NCBI GenBank assembly: GCA_051362555.1 | Contig: CM120647.1 | Span: 14,298,651-14,362,650 of the forward strand | Length of the DNA stretch: 64,000 bases | Origin: Lingula anatina | Lineage: Eukaryota; Animalia; Brachiopoda | Reading direction: 5' to 3' | In this document: one piece after another, positions 41,401 through 53,963 of the stretch | Numbering within the stretch: position 1 is the first letter of the stretch | How the letters are laid out: the number at the start of each line of letters is the position of its first letter | Translations under genes and position numbers: made by a program | The notes under the pieces: generated by a model | Database searches by the model: none | Seen by the model: only the letters and a program-made list of their open reading frames with translations | Told to the model about the DNA's origin: nothing

Positions 41401-41566
41401 ATAATTTAACAGATATTTAGTAAATATATAATGAACAAAGCAAATATATACCGAGTATATAATGTTGGCGTCCAGAGCGGGGGCCACAGTGGGCCACGTA
41501 CATGTATCATCTCTCCTAGTCTGTGGGGTAAGCGGGGACATCCTCCCCCCCCTCCCCCCCCCCCCC

Positions 41567-41607
<41 letters not shown>

Positions 41608-41806
41608 TATAGCAAATTCAATCATTTTTCCATTCAACACAACACATAGTAAAATGTCCTAACATTCTATTTTATATGTCAAGGCAACCACCCTTGATCT
41701 CCCCCCTCCAGCCCCCCCCCCCCCCCCCCCCAGCCAAATTCTGCAACTTTGACTACTGCCGTACATTTGTCTACAGGTGTATGCTGTATATCCCCGGAAA
41801 GACTGT

Positions 41807-43240
41807 TCAGCGGCCACATTTCAACAATTTCAAGAATGCTGTTCTGATCCTTGTATTTAATATGCCATATATGATCGGGTTACTTATGGAACTGAGGAAC
41901 ATTATTTCTAAACTGACGTTATAAAGCACCTCAAAAGTCAGCCTACTGAAATATTTCTCCGTCAAATTGATAACAGAGAAGGGGAGATACAGTACAATGA
42001 GAGTCACCACTACCACCACCGTCATCTTGGCGACCTTGACCTCCACGTCGATCTTTTTCGTCTGTGGATCTCTTCTCTGCTGGGAGGAGGAGGCGGGCCC
42101 TCCGTTAGAGCGTCCTCTGGCTGCAGAACCCGTGCTCCAAATCCCATTCGGTGTTGGAGTAGCCATCTCGGTGTCTTTTTCTCCGCGGGCTTTTACCCCA
42201 TCAGTCGTCGGCCCAGCTTTCTGCGATTCTACCGGTGGCAATGATAATACAGTCTCACGGGAGACCTCAATTTTAGCAGAAAGAGTCATACTTTGAGTTG
42301 GAATCTCTGTTGGTCCATCAGTCGTCGTCTCTTTCATATTCGTGTCCCTAAAATGGGAGAGTTTCCTCTTCTGTTGTCGCACGTGGTAATAAATGGCAAA
42401 GTAAAGGAATAACGCTGCTACAATGCAGACAGGGATGTGGGGTACATGAACATAGCGCATTAAATCTCCTTGCACTTGATTAGCGCGACAGTCCACCCCG
42501 GGGTTCCACGTGTTCCAGCCAAATAATGGCGGTAGGTTGATGGCTATCCCGTACATCCACACACAAAGTAAAGCAACAACGAGCCGCCTGTTGGTCAGTA
42601 CAGCGACGCATTTAAAATGATGACATATCTTCAGGTACCGCTCAACTGCGATGAAGAACTGATGGAGAAAAGACAAACTCACCATTCCGGACACGAAGCC
42701 AGTCTTTGCAAGGCAAAAGTATTTGTCCATTGTTAGATACTGCCAACTGGGGACCAGGAACACCAAGTAGGCCAGGACTAAATGGCAAGGTATCCCAATT
42801 GATCCGGTTATGAAATCCACGCAGGCTAAGCTCACAATGGCGAAGTTGCTTTGACACCGGATCTCCCTGAATTTCACATAGGATGCGATCATCAGACCGT
42901 TTCCAAACATCATGGCCAAAGCCAGTGTAACGTCGATGACGATAAAGGGAACGCACGTGAATCCTGTACAGGAGACTGGCATCACAGTTGTCGTCTGGTT
43001 GGACTCCGTTGACGAAGTTAAAGAAATGTTCTTTACCATGTTCTGGTTCTCCATTTCATGCGCTTCTGCTTCACTTTCTTTCAATGTCGTTAGTGATGAT
43101 ATGGAATGTATGCTCCTGTGAGCGTTCCTTGGATTGAGCGTACCTGTCCCCGTTTGCCCTGTTGTCTGACCCTTAAACCCCATGCATAATACCATATACT
43201 GAGACAAATATACTTCCAAGAGTGAACCCCTGTTGGTCAA
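41807..43240 (-). CDS. Intronless rhodopsin-like (class A) GPCR, amine/adenosine-receptor-like orphan
   Basis: 477 aa with 7 TM: FGN (TM1), SLACVD (TM2), IAVERY (TM3), W..PPLFGW (TM4), long ICL3, LYLPF (TM6), NPIIY (TM7) and N-terminal NxS/T sites. The true start may be a downstream Met. Confidence 0.95.
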   Translation of the reverse strand: MTNRGSLLEVYLSQYMVLCMGFKGQTTGQTGTGTLNPRNAHRSIHSISSLTTLKESEAEAHEMENQNMVKNISLTSSTESNQTTTVMPVSCTGFTCVPFIVIDVTLALAMMFGNGLMIASYVKFREIRCQSNFAIVSLACVDFITGSIGIPCHLVLAYLVFLVPSWQYLTMDKYFCLAKTGFVSGMVSLSFLHQFFIAVERYLKICHHFKCVAVLTNRRLVVALLCVWMYGIAINLPPLFGWNTWNPGVDCRANQVQGDLMRYVHVPHIPVCIVAALFLYFAIYYHVRQQKRKLSHFRDTNMKETTTDGPTEIPTQSMTLSAKIEVSRETVLSLPPVESQKAGPTTDGVKARGEKDTEMATPTPNGIWSTGSAARGRSNGGPASSSQQRRDPQTKKIDVEVKVAKMTVVVVVTLIVLYLPFSVINLTEKYFSRLTFEVLYNVSLEIMFLSSISNPIIYGILNTRIRTAFLKLLKCGR

Positions 43241-46200
43241 AAATACACCATTGTTATAGCATTGTTATAGCAAAGGTGTTGCGGAGAACAGGTGACAGTG
43301 ACGGCAAATGCTGTCTGCGAAACAACGAAAAGATATAATGGACTTAAAACCATATGACTGTTATATTTTGCCAAGAAAACGGAATCAGGCCAATGGCTTA
43401 AGGCCTGTAATACGCTTTTCATTATTTCATTGGTAATTGGACTGCCACTCTTCTAAAGCCATAGAAATGAAGGCAAGCGGCTGTTACGTAATGGTGCTCT
43501 ACACGTACGTACAGGGTTTTCGCAACGTATCTGATTGTTTTTTGGACAAAGAAAGGCAATTCCCTCGCGAATTATTGCTCGAACCGACCTTTTACTTTGA
43601 TTCCAAACTGTGACCGTCAAAATATAGACCGATCATTATTTGAATTTGTATTGTTTATATGGCTTAAATCGAGGAAAATTGACATTCGGTATAAATATAA
43701 GTATCAATATATTTTCTCTCTAATCAATGCCATTACGGAAGGTGGAATACCATTAATTCCACTGAAAGAAGATTAAAATGACCGAAAATACACCAAAGGT
43801 GCCAATTAAGTATACTGTAGAATGAGAAGATTTAGAACGACAATAATACCATAGAAAGAACATTTAATTAATGGTCTGAATGGCGTGTACTGTGTCCTTA
43901 GAAGAGTAAGGTTATGCCAATAGGTAACAGCATGAACAGCGCTCTATACACGCTCTGTATACATGTACATGTACATGCTAATGCCGTGTGGAATGTGTGC
44001 TTATTACAACTCTCCAAATCCTTATTAAAACCGTTCAAAAGAAATCAACGGTCAACGGTCTCATTTTTACGTTGCTGCTGTTAATTTGTAACCTTTTTTA
44101 TTTGCTACTCATATAACAGATAAGCAAAATCATATGTAGATCAGAAGTAGCCCTTACCGCTACTTGCAATATCAATGTGAATTAAAGTTAAAGACACTGA
44201 ATCTCTACCACACCATATACGGTACGTTTAACATTGGCTGACCCCTGTCAGAATAATTATGCCGTTGGCCCAAAGTTGGCAAATGGGTATGGTTGGGGCA
44301 TATCAAAATGGATAACTGCAGACATATAATTGGACAACATGTCTAGCTTGGTGATGACGCCATTTTTTGACATTCGGTGTAAAAATCCACGCTGATTGCA
44401 CAAAGTTATTCCGAGAAACACCATGCGGCGTTAATGGGATAAAGTCTATACCGTAGGCCCCCATCTCCGTGCCCGTGCCCAACAAGTACCCGTGTTTAAT
44501 TGCAAATAAATTCCGTAGGCGTGTGCCCACGATGTATGTATCATGTTCTGAACAAGTAACTTTGTGCGTAGGCGTATTGGTGTGCGTAAGTTACGCTCAG
44601 TTACGTGGCTGTTTAACACAAACGCCATGACAATGTTTTGGAGCAGGCATCTGGATAAATTGCAATGCATTTTAGACTACGCTCCTTAATTTTCTGACGG
44701 GTAAAACGAAATTGTTAAAAAGTTATGCATATGTTGGTGGAAATTAAATTGTACCTGATACCGCGTTTCGCAAGTGGCTGACGTATTAATAAAAATTAAG
44801 ATGATATTCGGAAATTATTCTTCTGCTGATTAGCTATTAATCATCAAAAAGCAATATTTGAAGCTGACACTGCCAATCAGTTTAGAGCCATTGGGGCCTG
44901 TATTAATTGTCCACGTGTATTTATACGTGAACGGAACTCTTGGTTCCAGTCGTTACTGCAGCGTCGGATAGTCTTGACATCTTTGCTAGCGAGGTATGTA
45001 TGCTCATATTGTACTTCAAATGTGTAGCGATATTGTTAAGACTAATGAAATTCTGAATATGTTTAATGCTGCACACGTTTGATACATTATAATATTTTTT
45101 TTTTTCAATTTGACACAAAAAGTTCGTAACTTTAGTCAATTCATTTCTTTTTTAAATATCGCTTTGCAGAATCATATATTTCTATGGATTATTCAATTAT
45201 TTTTTTTCACTTTCTGTGTCCTCTTTTCGCGGTTCACTTGATATTACAAATTCGTGTATCCAATATAACGTTTTACTGACAAATATCATGCTAAATTATT
45301 TTCTAAAAAATCATTTAAGGCATTTTAATTGATAATTTATATAAGATGTTTTTACTCGCTTTTTTTTTTCCACTACAAAAGGATTACGATTCACTTGCGT
45401 TAGAAAACTATTTCAGCCACTCAATTCTCATAGCACTTTATCTAAACGTGAAAGACGTGTAATGCTCAAGAATGGGGGAGTTTATTTTGTTTATGCAACA
45501 AACAGAATATATTAAATGCGTGTCAATACGAACGTTACCAATTGGTTTCTTTAATACCCTTGGTATCGTGACTTTGTATGGTTTCTTCCTTTTCATGATA
45601 GCAAACTTTCATGTTTCCATTGATTACGTCCAGAAACTGCGTGGAAAATTTAAAAGTGGAGTATAATGATGGCAACGTGTGTAAAATGTATCTAGAAAGT
45701 TGTTTTAATCTAAAGCCATTTTGTCAAGGATAGCGTTTTTAATAGGTTTAAACTTTTGGTATTTTTACGAGCTTTTCGCGCCAAAGCCGATTTTTAGAAA
45801 GAAAAAAAAAATTAGTACATGTGTGACGAGGTTACTGACTTTGTCTTGGTGACGCGAGGTAATAACTAAACAAGTTCATGTTTTCCCATATTTTTTATTA
45901 TCGCTTTCTAACTACGCTATCTACAGTTTATTCCTCATCGTTTCAACCTCTTACATCGTTCTCTCCGTCTACATTACATTCTTCGCTTAAGTACAATAAG
46001 GTCGTGTCAATCAACTAAAGTGACACTACAAAACACTCCCCGCTCTTATTCGCTGCATGCTGTCACTTACTAATGTACACATGTTCTTGCAAACCACTGC
46101 TTGGATTTAAGCCTGATGTTTTGTACCTATATTAAATAAACAACTAAGCTGTAAATGGATGACCATCCATTTAGGACATCATGTCTCCCTGGCGTTTCAG

Positions 46201-46620
46201 GAGGAAATATGCTCGTTAGATGCTATAATTTGAGGGATTTTATCGTTTCATATCTCTGAAGTACGTGGGAAAGATTTGCAGTATTTTTGTACATGAAATG
46301 ATAACCACATGGCACTTTGAAACGCGTAAATCACAGTCTTAATCAAATGTAAATTAAATAATTATAAAAAAAGTATTATGGATGGAGAGCTACATAGTGG
46401 TGGAAATGGTATACATAGTATATGCGTATGCTCTAGTAGACACTTTGTACTGAACATAAGCGCTGAAATTGAAACTGATAAATCAAAATACAGAATCGAA
46501 AACTCAAGTAGTTTTCTGAGATATTCTATGCCAGTAAAAATCCTTACGAAATTTCGTTCAACTGTTAACCATACATTTCTTTCTCTGGATGACAAAATAC
46601 TTTTCCTCATGCTGTTTAGG

Positions 46621-49465
46621 ATGGCTTCATTTAGAACACTATCAGCACTGTTGCTGCTGGCTCTGGCAAACCTCGGTTGCGTCTTTTCTTGTTCCTGCAT
46701 ATCACGTGACCCTGAAGAATGGTGGATATTTTGGAGCGGGGCGCCAGTTACAACCGATTCCAAATGGGGCCCATACGACGATTACGAATGCAGGGGAGAC
46801 TTTGATTTTGGTAAGTTTGAATTGAGCATCAGTTTGGATTTGGATATATGTATACTGTATTTAATATGTGATACGACCAACAGTGGATTGGGTATCTCAT
46901 CATGATGTCAAAGGCGGATACAAACATCGAGAGAAGGCTTGTGAGGTTTCATCACGAGCACGCAAACATATACTCGGACATAAGCACAAAAAATTAAAAA
47001 GTTAGATGAATATTTCGTACAGTTAACGTTGTGGACAGTGCTGCTGATCATAGTGAAGGTCAGCCAGAGCCTGAGTTCTGTCTACTGGTGTTCTAAGTAC
47101 GCCCAGCGTTATCCTCCCCCCCCCCGCCCCCCCCCCCCCCCCCCCACCTACCCAATACCTTTTGGCGGGCATGCTTTCCGCATGAAAAAAATGCTACAAG
47201 TGCATGCTTTTCGTTTTTTTCTACTTTTAAAATGTTTGTTTTCTTTTTATCTGCCATCCAAGTATCATTTCTTAAACCTTATTAAATATTTTGTTCTTCT
47301 ATATACACTATACTTTCGTCTGGTAGCTTGGTGTTTTAATCTATTTATGCATAACTCCGGTCTCTGGGTCAACACACTGTATAACAACTGGCGTGTCAAT
47401 GCACTCTGCCCGCTATTTGACTTCTCCAGGCAACGTGTGGACCAAGAATAGAGTTACGTTAAACTATCGGATTTATTTAACGGCATTTTGGAATGGACGT
47501 TAATTAAAAACAAAAACAGGTGAGTGTATCGATAATTCACTTGAACGCCACTGCGTAATCCCATACTAGCAAATAATATATTAATAACATGAACTGAGCT
47601 TTTAATTTCCGTAGTGTATCGAGAAACCTTCGAACTTAACAAACAGTGATATGAATACAATAACGTGGTGTGACACCAGGGCAAGCTGTGTTATGTCACT
47701 GACCCGTCAGTACAGGTATTATTTTGCAACTTTACCGTCATATCGATTGTGTTTGGGTGGTTTCTTTTTCTTTATTCAGTCTTTATATTTCTACTCTCAG
47801 TCAAGTAATGAATACTTTATTTACAGTATAAGCGAATAATATATTTTTGTTGTATTATCCTATTAATAATACTTTGTTTATTGATTTGTTTGTTTTAATA
47901 ATCGTTATTCTTACCATTTCAACCCATATGTCTGTGTATTGTGGTTACTCCACACAAACTGTTATTATTATTGTTATTATTATTATTATTATAACCTCCT
48001 TCATCTCACTCTTCTCCATCTTTTAAGCCCGTTTCCCCCAGTGCAATACTATAGGAACACATTTCACAAAACTATCGATCTGTTGAGCAGTGTTTCTCAG
48101 TGCTTTAGTTGAAACCGGGCAATTGTGTTGAGCCAAAAAAATGTCGATACATGTATATACATATGTCAGTGAGTATAATATTCTGTTTATTTATTTTGTT
48201 TGAGTATTATATTTTTGTTTATTTATTTTGTAATCAGCTTAAAAACGTCTGTGAAACAGATGGTATAATTTATCATTATCAGTTATTAAACAGTTGTAAA
48301 AGCCGAGGTCATCAAGTACGTTCACCAGCACAGACAGGGGGAGGAGGAGCCAGCGCCACCAGAGATACAACTACCTGACGCTATGTACAATGTGAATATT
48401 CAGGACGTGTTTAAGGTATCAGCACATACCTATAATTAAGTGGGTCCGATTATTATTATTATTTATTATTATTATTATTAACGATCGTTGTTGTTGTTGT
48501 AGTTTTTATCATTAGTATCTTGTTTTATTTATTTTAATATTAATATTATTATCGTAATTATAAGTATTATGTTATTATTTCATTTTTTTATCCGTATAAC
48601 TCACGTCATGTCACATTGCAAGCAACCAGTTCTTCTGTCTCGATGGCAAGTTAATTACTTTTTGAGTACTCGCAGCTGCATTCTTCTGCCAGAATCGCAA
48701 ACTATTTTAATGCGAATTCGATGATGTTAGAAGTCCACGTTACCATATTTTAACTTGGATTCAGCAGATAATTAAATTGGAAGTTTGTTCTGCAATTTTG
48801 TGGCAATTAACAATAACAGTCCCCTCTCGATAAAATTTGTTACATAATTAGTCGCTTTATTTCCCAGTGGATAAGTTGCGCCAAGTTACATTGCCGAATT
48901 CATTTATCAGTTTGAACTGCATAGGCATGCTAAAACTATTTTAAATGCAATTTTATACTTATCCACTGGGAAATAGAGCGACAGATTATGTAACAAATCG
49001 AGAGGGGACTTTTATTGTTAATGCCACAAAATTGCGGAACAAACTTCCAATTATTATTATCTGCTGAATCCAAGCTTTAAAACATAAGACTTCGAATGAA
49101 ATTCTTAAGAACCAATGTAGCTCTTTAAGACAGGGGTAATATGTTCTAGCTTTTGGTGTTGTTTTTATCTTTTCTTTACTAATCTAGCTGCTCAATATGG
49201 AATAAGGCATTGGGGTAATAAGAGCATGAACTTACTTTGTGGTTGTTTATATATCAATTACGAATCTTGCCCAATCTCCACAGTGAAAAAGGTGCTGACT
49301 TACAAATATTGTTAATTTGCCTTTCAAAAAAAAAACCGGCTGAATCAAACAAATACACCTTGGTCTCTCATACTAGCAGTTGGTTTCACAGACACATCAG
49401 CAATACGAACGTTTATCTTCTTACAGAGCACAAAGAAGTTCGATGTCGTTCCTGACAAGAGCAGG
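46621..49465 (+). pseudogene. TIMP/NTR-domain-like secreted protein gene, 3'-truncated
   Basis: Exon 46621-46810 encodes signal peptide MASFRTLSALLLLALANLGCVFS then CSC...C..DFDF. Exon 48294-48415 encodes VVKAEV...YNVNIQDVFK, in frame across a phase-1 intron. Probable exon 3 from 49427 runs into a duplication breakpoint at ~49466. Confidence 0.75.
48714..49100. mobile_element. Palindromic MITE (~390 bp) in TIMP-like intron 2
   Basis: Arms cttggattcagcagataat...gtcccctctcgat...ttcccagtggataagt mirror acttatccactgggaa...atcgagaggggac...attatctgctgaatccaag. Ends are approximate. Confidence 0.8.
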
Positions 49466-52400
49466 GTGAAAAAATCTTGTGAGCTGCTGTGGTATCAGTG
49501 GCGCAATATTTGTGCGTACCACATTTTTTCAGTGGGACCAACTTATGTTAGAGTTATCGTTAACATTTTACATTTTATTCGTTTGGAGCACGAAGACGAC
49601 CACAGCTGTTCACACCTCGGCAGTTTTAGTATTGAGTAGTCTTTACTCTTTCAAATGTCGACTGCTGACTTGCCCTGGGTACTGTATGAACATATGAACA
49701 GTCTTGAGAAGCAAGTTCCCAAGATATGAAAGGAGGGGCATAAAAAAACAAAACGTGTGCCCGTTAAAAGGACTTTTGTAATCAATGGCAATTTTTAAAA
49801 ATTAATTCTGGCAAAAAAGAATGACACGGTAGCTGCTGTGACTCGAACCAGCGTCCGAGAGTCCGCCTATATGTACATGTATGTCAGCAGAGTTACCACG
49901 CAGCCACGACAGCCCCTTTGGTATAAAGTGATAAGGCTGCCATTACCACTAATTTATAACTTTAAATTTGTTTAATATGTTATTCATGAAAGAGTTCATG
50001 AAAGATTATTTTAATTTGTTAAATCGTAATCTTATTCTTTTTATATTCAAATAATTGAATAATGTAGGTAAATTGGTCTTCAACTTCTTATTTGCATTTT
50101 TCCTTTTCTACAAGATTATTTGGGAACAGTTGCAGCATTAAAATTTAAAATAAATAGCAATCTGAAAAAATAATTTTGCATTATTATATTAAATGATGAT
50201 AGGAATTTTGGATTAAGAGATTAGTTAAAACATACTGAGTAGTGATATTGTCAGTCAATTTATGTAGAATCTGATAATATGATTGATAATACTGATTGAA
50301 TTCTTGGCCTTGCACTGGGCAGTTTCACATTTGTGCCAAGTGCTTTTTTAGACTCCATTGTACAGTGGTAAAAGTTCTTCAATTGCCATGAAAGTTTTTA
50401 ATCAGACTCTGTATGGTGCTGTTATCTGCTGGTGCTATCGGCAACGAATTAGTTTGCCTTTGTTTCTGAGTGAATCTACCGTCTAAAATCACTATTTCTG
50501 AAAATATGTGCGTTTTGCTGAGGGTAGGCTAGGCAATACACGGCAAACTTCTTAGTACGTGTGTACAACACAATTTTTTTTTTAAACCCTAGCGATATTT
50601 GGTCAGGAGTTGCTTGAAGCATAGCACAATAATGATGAGTGTATCATTTCAAGAGAGAGAGAGAGAGAGAGAGAGATTTAAATTGAATAAATAAGTAAAC
50701 CCCACACACATATTATGTTTATTTATTTTCAGTTATATGTAAATCATCCGTATAGTTGGCTCTCTGAATTTCACACACATATACTGTACATATACCTCTG
50801 GAATACAAAATATTGCTTTGTGTATATATTTTACGCCATTTATGAAAATAAGTTAACGATACATTTGCCTTAACTGCACAAGTTAATACTTCTTTTATTC
50901 CACACCAGGGAACGCAACCGTGTCCAGCCACGTGCCCTCAAAACAGCGACAAAATAGGGCGCAATCCATTCAATAATCGTTTTCGGTCTACTCCGGTGTA
51001 CATGTACATGTATAACCACCACGAGATCGGTTGTCACGTCAGCGTGGACTTTTCAACGGTCCAGTTTAATATAAACCAAGGACAAGTATATTCATGTTGG
51101 TCGGTGATCATTTCACGGTTCCTAGATATAATTTCACATGTCCGAGAATACCCTTGTGGGAAAAATTGTGATAATGCCCCTTTGTTCACACATTGTTAAA
51201 ATAAAATTTGAGCTCCAACTAGCCTGTCTATAAAACACCTGTCATTTCTGCAGCTGGGGGCGTTACATGTTGTATACATTTATACGAAATAAGCTTGTAG
51301 ATCCATATTATAGGAACGTTTATATAAGGCACACCACGATTTTAGACTCGATACAGCACGAACGAAAATTAACAGAAAAGATTATTTTAAACTCCACAAG
51401 CCTAAGAACAGTTTTGTTAATCCCTAAAGTATCAGTATTCCACCTCTAAATTGTTGGAAAAATACACACACACATAACTTTGAGTTCTAAGCTCCTAATT
51501 TCACCAGTGACTTTTTATATATATTCAAGAGAGTTACAAGATAATATTGGAATTCAAACAGTGAACGGTGTTAGGCATAGTACAGCAGAACATCTCGACC
51601 TTGTAGGAACTACGGCATCATTTGCAAAGTGAAAAAAAGTAGATCAAAGAGTAAATCAACGACTTATAAGGTGTGATCCCACAGAAACTGTCGCTCTACG
51701 AAGATGGATCCGACGCCGCGGGGGGGTTTCGAGCAGCTAAGGGGTGATTTACTCGGCTTCGGGAAGATTTTTCACTTCGTTTTGAGTGCGATCGAACGCA
51801 CACGATAGTTTATCACCCCTAGCTGCTCGAGGTAGAGTGGTATTCAGTCAATCATATTACATTCCACGGGACTCCCTGAGGAGTTGGTCAATCTACATAA
51901 TGTATGTAGAACGACAGTTTCAATGGGAAAGTAGCCATTGACGTGTTTGAGTGCGCCGCATGTTAAAAATTCATAAACTGTTTAAAATAAAAAAGAAATT
52001 GCTATGTACATGTGCTAGTTATTTGATTTTGCAGACGGCATATAAGAGTTCTGAGTTTGACAATGGAATTCACGTTGTCATAACAACTGCCAGAGTCCTG
52101 TTACTGCTTGGTTTCAGTGGGCGGTGCCATACCATAACCGGTATGAACCGGGGCGACAGCATTTTCTACCTCATCATCCTCGATGTCACTGTCTTCATCC
52201 TCTAATTTCTCCTTTTCAGTCAGCGCACTCGGAGGGCGCTTAGTGACAGTTGTTTTCTCCGTGGGCAATGCCTCAGGAAGCTTCGGTTTTTCTTCACTCC
52301 AGTTAGCTTCGGCAACAGCTTGCTGGTAATTTGGAGGATGGTAGGACGGCCCTCCGCCGGGATGGTAAGGGTCATACGGTGGGTTGTATCCCATGGGGGG

Positions 52401-52875
52401 AGGCGGCGGTGGCAGCGGTTGTTGTTGTTGTTGTTGTTGCTGTTGCTGTTGAACGGTGCTTATCACTGTGACGTTGGGCTTAGGCGGCTCACTTTCCGCT
52501 ACGAAGATGACTTGCTGAAATGGCAAAAACCCAAACTAAAATGTTAAATGTATATAATTTATCTCTCTATTTCACTCTTTCTCTCTCTCTTGCGTGTGTG
52601 TGTTTGCGTGTGTGTTTAACTATTAAATATACCAATTGGAAAAAAGAAATCGTTACTTTCAATCAATAAAATGTCGTCTTCATTTAAAATCAAAATGAAG
52701 TGATTTTTCTTCAGAAAACAGCTTTATATTGAAATAGTTTTGACCTCCAACATTTATTGGATATATTGGAAATATTGGAAGTAAAAAGTATTTCAATATT
52801 AAGCTGTTGACAGAAAAAAACATTTACATCACCCTTATAACATAACAGAGCTGACAAAATACTTCTCTAACTTAA

Positions 52876-53210
52876 AGTGATAATAACTCTTCGTTTCGGC
52901 CAAAAAATGAATTTTCCTGGAGTAAACAATAATTTTCCCATACTTGCCAATGGTTAATGAATCCATTTTTACATTCAAAGTTAGTCACTGGTTTTTTTAT
53001 AAAAAAAATTGGTTTTTTGTGAAAATCTCTTAAGAGATTTTAACAGAGTATAGCCATCAATGGAGGTCACGTGGTCTAAAGACAAGCTCAGATATCAGAA
53101 TAATAGTTATAACAGCCGTTGTTGTGGGAAAACAGAATATATTATATTTTTATGAGTCATTCACAATGTTTTTATTGTGAAATACAGATTTAATACGAGT
53201 TATTATCCCT
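52876..53210. mobile_element. Kolobok-like MITE (TTAA TSD), D-specific
   Basis: TTAA at 52872-52875 and 53211-53214, TIRs present, absent in B and C. Confidence 0.85.
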
Positions 53211-53963
53211 TTAAATTTAGTATTTTGGAATAGAAAGGCCACACATACCGGTTCTGGTCGGTCTATAGTCGAGCAGCAACAGCACACAGAGGCGGACACT
53301 ATGGCTAATATCCAATCAGCAAAGCCCAGCAATCCCACTGGCACCATAAACACGAACAAGTATATACTCTCAGCGTCGATCTGTAAATATATACACGTGG
53401 TATTATAATCACATGTTGTCAGCTGATGCTTGAACGTGAAATATAATGGCTGAAACCCGTGGTATAGATATATACTCCTCTATCCAAAAGTTCCACACTT
53501 ACTTTAATTATGTACATTGCAACAAGAGTACCCGTAAATTTTATTTTATTATAATAACAACTAGGCGACTGATTATCCTGTAAATGAGATCTGAATAGTA
53601 GTACATTGACTTCCATAGCGTACCTTCTGAAATGCCCAAACACGAATTATTCCATGTGCGGCTCCTAAGCAAGAGGGATGCTTTTTTTAACGTTTTGACC
53701 CGACAAATAGCCAATACCCAGAAGGTTGAGTTGTCCCATGAGTACCATTCAGAGGGTAAGGCCATATTACTTTAACAAACCTTTGCAAGACTGCCTGGGT
53801 AAGGTCTACCGAATGAAACCACACACAGAGAAGAAAGGACGCTTTCCTCTTAAAAAAACAATTCATGACATTGGAACTTGACTGCAACATTTAGGAGGAG
53901 CAGGGCAAGCGATGTTTCTAAAGACGTCTGCACAATGGCCGTTTTTTGGCGAGGTTTCTGTTA

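Noticed and set aside
41967-43121. Antisense and alternate-frame ORFs overlapping the GPCR (and those overlapping the BEL, EF-hand and MS4A exons)
   Set aside because: These are shadow ORFs of real coding sequence with no independent motifs.
46378-46905. 175 aa ORF as a single-exon gene
   Set aside because: Only 46621-46810 is supported (signal peptide, CSC, gtaagt donor). The flanks are read-through into UTR and intron.
49930-50650. Possible decayed LINE 3' fragment
   Set aside because: Only a weak, frameshifted resemblance in AT-rich DNA, which cannot be supported by eye.
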